Part shown: one piece after another, positions 59,276 through 64,000 of the stretch | Layout of the letters: the number at the start of each line of letters is the position of its first letter | Position numbering within the stretch: position 1 is the first letter of the stretch | Source of the DNA: a virus | Virus record (IMG/VR): IMGVR_UViG_3300028571_000013 | Coordinates: 1-64,000 of that record | DNA: 64,000 nucleotides | Strand: one strand, 5' to 3' | Notes under the pieces: model-generated | What the model was told of the DNA's origin: nothing | Database searches by the model: none | The model's input: only the letters and a program-made list of their open reading frames with translations | Program-made: the position numbers and the translations under genes

Positions 59276-61642
59276 ATGCCAGCATTAACTACTATTCAAC
59301 TTAGAAGAGGCACCTCTGCTGAGTGGTCAGCTTCTATTAGTCCATTAGCTATGGGTGAAGTTGGATATGATACAATATTAAAGAAATTTAAGATAGGCGA
59401 TGGAACCAGTTTATGGGGCAGTTTAGCTTTTGCTAATATATTACCATCAGAACTTGATGAGTTGGTAGACGATAGGGTTGCTTCTTTAATTGTTGCTGGT
59501 TCAGGTATTACCACATCATATAATGATGCTAGTAATACGTTAACAATTAATTCTTCTCTAGATACTGAAAGCGTTCAGGATATTATTGGCGCTATGGTAA
59601 CTGCTGGTAGTGGAATTAGTGTCAACTACAACGATCCTTCTGGTACTTTGACTGTATCTCTTAGTGATCCAACAATACAATCTACAGATATTACAGATTT
59701 TAATACCGCAGTAAGTGGACTATTAGGTGTTAAGAGTCTGGTTCAAGGTACTGGTATAGATATTTCGAATGTTGCAGGAAATCATACAATTAGTGTTACT
59801 GGTATAACAACATCTTTAATTACTAACTTTGCTAGTGGCGTTAATACTCTTATTGATAATGCTGTTAGTACAAGTATTGTTGGTGGTAGTGGTGTTGACA
59901 TTATATATAGCAGTGGAACTAATACTCTTACTATTAGTAGTGCCTTAACAGCAGGAAGTGGTATCTCTCTTACTCAAAATAGTGGTAACTATACTATTAC
60001 CTTAACTGATCCTACTATCCAACTAGCAGATATTACTGATTTACCATCAGACGCTAGAACTTTTTTAACTACCTCAAGTAGTAGTAATTTAAGAGCCTTA
60101 GTAACAGATGAAACAGGATCCGGGAATCTAGTATTTTCTGATAGTCCAACATTAGTTAGTCCAACCTTAGGCGCAGCCAGTGCTACTACTGTAAATAAGC
60201 TTACTATTACTGCTCCAGCAACTGGATCGACATTAACTGTTGCTGATGGAAAAACTCTTACTGCTAATAATACTTTAACATTTACTGGTACAGATTCTAG
60301 TTCTGTTGCTTTCGGAGCAGGCGGAACGGTAGTTTATACTAGTAATAAACTAAGTTCACTATCGTCTACAACTTCGTCTGAACTAGCCGGGGTTATTAGC
60401 GATGAAACGGGAACAGGAGCATTAGTATTTGCAAATAATCCAACAATGAGTGGGGTTATTGTTAATGGTGATCTTACTGTTAGTGGAAGTGGTCTAGTTG
60501 CTAGTAACATTAATGACTTTAATACCTCCGTAAGAACTAATCGTTTAGATCAAATGGCTGTTCCTACAAGTGACGTATCCTTTAATAGCTTTAAGATTAC
60601 TAGCTTGGCAGACCCAGTTAGTGCTCAAGATGCTGCTACAAAGGCCTATGTTGATGCTGCGCGAATGGGTCTTGATGTTAAACAAAGTGTTCGGGCTGCC
60701 ACCACAGCTAGCATAACTCTATCTGGGACACAAACTATCGACGGGGTTGCTGTTGCAGCTGGTGACAGGGTATTAGTGAAAAACCAAAGCACAGCTAGCC
60801 AAAACGGTATCTATACAGTAGCTGTTGGATCTTGGAGCAGAGCATCTGATGCTGATTCTGATTCTGAAGTTACTGCTGGGCTATTTACTTTCGTGTCTGA
60901 AGGTGCTGCTAATGCTGATAGTGGATGGGTATTGACTACGAATGATACTATCACTCTTGGAACAACGGGTCTAGCCTTTGCTCAATTCTCTGGTGCCGGT
61001 CAAATAACTGCTGGTGCTGGTCTAACAAAGAATGGTAATACTATAGATGCTGTTGGTACAGCTGGTCGTATAGTTGTTAATGCTGATAGTATCGATCTTG
61101 ATACTGTGAGTCAAACAGACGGTAGTGGTTCAGCTGGTACCAGTTTTATACAGAGTGTTACAAGAGACTCTTATGGGCGAGTAACAGGAGTAACATCAGC
61201 TTCGGTACAAGATGCCACGACTTCAGCTAAAGGTATAGCTAGTTTTGATAGTGGAGATTTTAGTGTTTCTTCTGGCGCCGTTAGTATCAAAGCTAGTGGC
61301 GTTGATAATTCTCAATTAGTTAATAGTTCTTTTACAATTGGTTCAACATTAGTTAGTCTTGGCGGAATCGCCACTTCTGTATCAGGATTAACTAGTGTCT
61401 CTAGCACATCATTTGTTGGTGATTTAAGTGGTACAGCTACCAATGCCTTGAATATTGAGGTGGATGTAGCAACTAGTGGAACTAATAATCTGGTTTTTGT
61501 AAATGGTACTGACGGGAATTTAAAGCCAGTCGTTAATGATAAATTAAGAATTAATTTGAATGCTAATGAACTATTAGGCTCTTCAAATACTACCCCAACA
61601 ATGACTCTCAAATACTTTATTATAGATGGTGGAATGCCATAA
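59276..61642 (+). CDS. Fibre-like virion protein
   Basis: Mtd-N-like IQLRRGT..W...L..GE.GYDT..KFKIGDG; AGSGI repeats; DAATKAYVD; GDRVLVKNQ..QNGIY. Confidence 0.8.
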   Translation: MPALTTIQLRRGTSAEWSASISPLAMGEVGYDTILKKFKIGDGTSLWGSLAFANILPSELDELVDDRVASLIVAGSGITTSYNDASNTLTINSSLDTESVQDIIGAMVTAGSGISVNYNDPSGTLTVSLSDPTIQSTDITDFNTAVSGLLGVKSLVQGTGIDISNVAGNHTISVTGITTSLITNFASGVNTLIDNAVSTSIVGGSGVDIIYSSGTNTLTISSALTAGSGISLTQNSGNYTITLTDPTIQLADITDLPSDARTFLTTSSSSNLRALVTDETGSGNLVFSDSPTLVSPTLGAASATTVNKLTITAPATGSTLTVADGKTLTANNTLTFTGTDSSSVAFGAGGTVVYTSNKLSSLSSTTSSELAGVISDETGTGALVFANNPTMSGVIVNGDLTVSGSGLVASNINDFNTSVRTNRLDQMAVPTSDVSFNSFKITSLADPVSAQDAATKAYVDAARMGLDVKQSVRAATTASITLSGTQTIDGVAVAAGDRVLVKNQSTASQNGIYTVAVGSWSRASDADSDSEVTAGLFTFVSEGAANADSGWVLTTNDTITLGTTGLAFAQFSGAGQITAGAGLTKNGNTIDAVGTAGRIVVNADSIDLDTVSQTDGSGSAGTSFIQSVTRDSYGRVTGVTSASVQDATTSAKGIASFDSGDFSVSSGAVSIKASGVDNSQLVNSSFTIGSTLVSLGGIATSVSGLTSVSSTSFVGDLSGTATNALNIEVDVATSGTNNLVFVNGTDGNLKPVVNDKLRINLNANELLGSSNTTPTMTLKYFIIDGGMP

Positions 61643-61722
61643 TTTATCTTCAAAGTTTTATACTTTAAACTATTGTTTTTACATAATCATAACTAAATTC
61701 CTTTTTTTGAAATAGATATAAC

Positions 61723-62115
61723 ATGAAAAATGGTAAAGTATTTATTAAAAATGGTCAAGCTTTAATACCACCAGTTCGTTTAGAGAATGGTGTTTGGGTA
61801 GCTTATGTTGATGGAGTTACGGCTACCACAACAACCACGGCCGCTCCGACCACCACCACAACAACAGCTGCGCCCACAACAACCACCACCACAACGGCCG
61901 CTCCTACGACGACTACGACAACAACCACAACAGCTGCTCCTACAACAACCACTACAACAATACCGCCTAACACATATAATGTAACCAATAATGGTTTTGG
62001 AAACTATTTAATAAATGGTAGTTCAAACCCAACACTAACCTTAACAGCGGGTCAAACATATACATTTAATATAAACGCTGCCGGCGGGTGTATTAACAGT
62101 TATCATACCGTATAG
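61723..62115 (+). CDS. Thr-rich linker protein, probably C-terminally truncated
   Basis: (TTTTTAAP)n then NPTLTLTAGQTYTFNIN, ending abruptly at a GGTGTA motif. Confidence 0.55.
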   Translation: MKNGKVFIKNGQALIPPVRLENGVWVAYVDGVTATTTTTAAPTTTTTTAAPTTTTTTTAAPTTTTTTTTTAAPTTTTTTIPPNTYNVTNNGFGNYLINGSSNPTLTLTAGQTYTFNINAAGGCINSYHTV

Positions 62116-62144
62116 TATTCATAAAAATAGGACTACTTTCCAAG

Positions 62145-64000
62145 ATGGCCGTAAATGATCTTATTACATTTCGCAAAGGACCAGCATCTCAATGGATATC
62201 GGTCAATCCCGTATTAGCTAGTGGTGAGCCAGGATATGATTTAACAAATAGTATTCTTAAGATAGGGGATGGAGTTTCAAATTGGGTAGCTCTTAGTGGA
62301 ATTGGGTCAACAAGCGTTGGCGGGTCATCATCTTCCTCTGTTGGAGTTAGAGGAACAATAAGCACAACGGGCACATTGAGCAGCTTCTCTGTATCAGGAG
62401 GTTACTCCCCTGGGTATTTAGATTTGTTTCAGAATGGCGTGAAACTATTAAATAACAGCGATTTTATAGCAACTAACGGTACTTCAGTCACACTAACTAA
62501 TAGTGTACCATCTGGAACAGTATTAGAGTATATTAGTTTGGGAACCTCAGTATCCTCCTCTGATTATACTAAATTAGATAGTATTAGTTCATCTTTTAAT
62601 GGATCGTCTACGTCATTCGGATTAGCAGTTAGTGGAACACCATATTATCCTGTTAGTGCTAATACTTTGGGGATTTATGTGGGCGGCGTTGCTCAAGAAC
62701 CCATTTCTTCATATAGTGTTAGCGGATCTAATATAATTTTTACTGAAGCTCCAGCTAGTGGTTTAACTTTCTGGGGAGTTGGCTATGGAACAACAGCTGT
62801 GGCCACTTTGAATGGTATAGCTCCAGGCTCAGTATCGTCTCCAGCCATTAGTTCATCAAATGATCTGAGTACAGGGTTTTATTTTCCATCTAGTGGATCA
62901 TTAGCAATAGCTAGTTCTGGAGTTGATAGATTTAAGATTGATAATAAAGGAGATATTTTTGTTGGTGGAGAAAATATTAATAGTTTAAGATATTTAGACA
63001 TTAATAATATTAACTCTGGTTCAAATGCTGGAAGTATTTTAAGACTTATTACTGCTAATGTTTCTGGTGTGAGTAATGTCTCAGCAGATATTATTAAACG
63101 TAAAAATGGTCAATTTTCTATCAACAACAGCGAAACAGACTCTGCTGCTTTTACAAGTTTTGATGTTGGTAATTCAGAACACTTACGAATAACGTCTTCA
63201 GGAAATGTTGGAATTGGCACCACGACACCAACAACTAAGCTTCATGTTGTGGGTGGTATTAGTGCTACTAGTGGTAATTTTACTAATACTTTACAAGTTA
63301 ATAATGTTAATGTTAGCGTTAGTGGTCATACCCATACATCTTCTGATATAACTAATTTTAATACTAGTGTTAGTGGTTTATTACCAATTACTAATATAAT
63401 TGCTGGAAGTGGAATTAATGTTGCTATTAGTGGAACAACAGCTATTATAACTGGTGATGATATTAGGTGGAATTTTTTATTACCGTCCGCGCCTACGGCC
63501 TTGACCGCAACTGTCGGAAACGCGCAAGTATCGCTGACGTGGACGGCACCGACCGGCGTGATTGCTCAGGCGCCGATCACGGACTACGTTGTTCAGTTCA
63601 GCAGTAACTCTGGATCGTCATGGACTACGTTCAGCGACGGAACATCCACGGCGACGAGTGCCACCGTGACGGGGCTGACAAACGGCACGGCGCATGTGTT
63701 CCGAGTCGCGGGCATCAACGGGATCGGCACTGGGGCGTATAGCACGGCGAGTGCTGCGGTGACGCCATTTGTTCCGGCACCCGTAACACTAAGCACTCCG
63801 TTTGGTGCTGTCACTGGCAACGGCACAGTAGGCTCCAAGTGGGCGTGGCAGTCTGGTTCTAGTGGCGCTACCGACGGAGGCTTCAAACTGCTGACAGTTA
63901 ATGATTCAATTACGTTGCAGGCAACGCTCAGTCAGACAGGAGGCGGAAACTGCGACAACGGCGAGGCCTTGAGCCTTGTGATTTACTCCGCATCAAATGT
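62145..64000 (+). CDS. Fibre-like virion protein with fibronectin type III domain (partial, runs off the window)
   Basis: Manual translation MAVNDLITFRKGPASQW..NPVLASGEPGYD..LKIGDG; GNVGIGTT; FN3 PSAPTALTATVGNAQVSLTWTAP..DYVVQ..VTGLTNG..FRVAGIN in frame from 63480. Confidence 0.8.
   Translation, partial: MAVNDLITFRKGPASQWISVNPVLASGEPGYDLTNSILKIGDGVSNWVALSGIGSTSVGGSSSSSVGVRGTISTTGTLSSFSVSGGYSPGYLDLFQNGVKLLNNSDFIATNGTSVTLTNSVPSGTVLEYISLGTSVSSSDYTKLDSISSSFNGSSTSFGLAVSGTPYYPVSANTLGIYVGGVAQEPISSYSVSGSNIIFTEAPASGLTFWGVGYGTTAVATLNGIAPGSVSSPAISSSNDLSTGFYFPSSGSLAIASSGVDRFKIDNKGDIFVGGENINSLRYLDINNINSGSNAGSILRLITANVSGVSNVSADIIKRKNGQFSINNSETDSAAFTSFDVGNSEHLRITSSGNVGIGTTTPTTKLHVVGGISATSGNFTNTLQVNNVNVSVSGHTHTSSDITNFNTSVSGLLPITNIIAGSGINVAISGTTAIITGDDIRWNFLLPSAPTALTATVGNAQVSLTWTAPTGVIAQAPITDYVVQFSSNSGSSWTTFSDGTSTATSATVTGLTNGTAHVFRVAGINGIGTGAYSTASAAVTPFVPAPVTLSTPFGAVTGNGTVGSKWAWQSGSSGATDGGFKLLTVNDSITLQATLSQTGGGNCDNGEALSLVIYSASN

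Larger units (their letters stand above)
44186..62092 (+). promoter_or_regulatory. Recurring (G/A)GTGTA motif upstream of late genes (putative late promoter)
   Basis: 44186, 44230, 47979, 53036, 56109, 58475, 58922, 62087. Confidence 0.55.

Noticed and set aside
61820-61960. ACN tandem repeats as a regulatory repeat
   Set aside because: Explained by the Thr-rich coding linker.
1-64000. Stop-codon reassignment
   Set aside because: Long genes are intact in code 11, all three stops are used, and no suppressor tRNA was found.
59276-64000. Diversity-generating retroelement suggested by Mtd-N-like domains
   Set aside because: No reverse transcriptase or TR/VR pair in the window; this N-terminal domain is common in fibres.

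Overview
This window is large tailed-phage (Caudoviricetes) DNA in the standard genetic code. It has three blocks. (1) 1-~21.5 kb is almost all minus strand: IF-3, a 5'-truncated UvsE, Gp88-like, two ligase-fold proteins, rIIA/rIIB-like, a secreted caspase-fold protein, a nucleotidyltransferase and a ferredoxin, with a recurring GTTTC-N5-GGTACGC upstream motif and T4-like TATAAATA/ACTAAATA boxes. (2) ~21.5-42.3 kb is a minus-strand early/accessory region of small ORFs, 10 tRNAs and more than 20 near-consensus sigma70 promoters. From 27.8 to 41.5 kb it is divided into modules by 12 copies of an 82-bp element made of two 11-7-11 palindromes exactly 53 bp apart; this is the most striking unexplained feature. 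(3) 42.4-64 kb holds galE and then a plus-strand late module: sigma-like protein, HNH, ERCC4 nuclease, terminase, portal, protease/scaffold, decoration, major capsid and fibre proteins. Several gene junctions and frameshifts, plus different promoter grammar in blocks 1 and 3, suggest a mosaic or chimeric assembly. A Planctomycetota host is only an inference. All family calls come from motif recognition by eye, not database searches.
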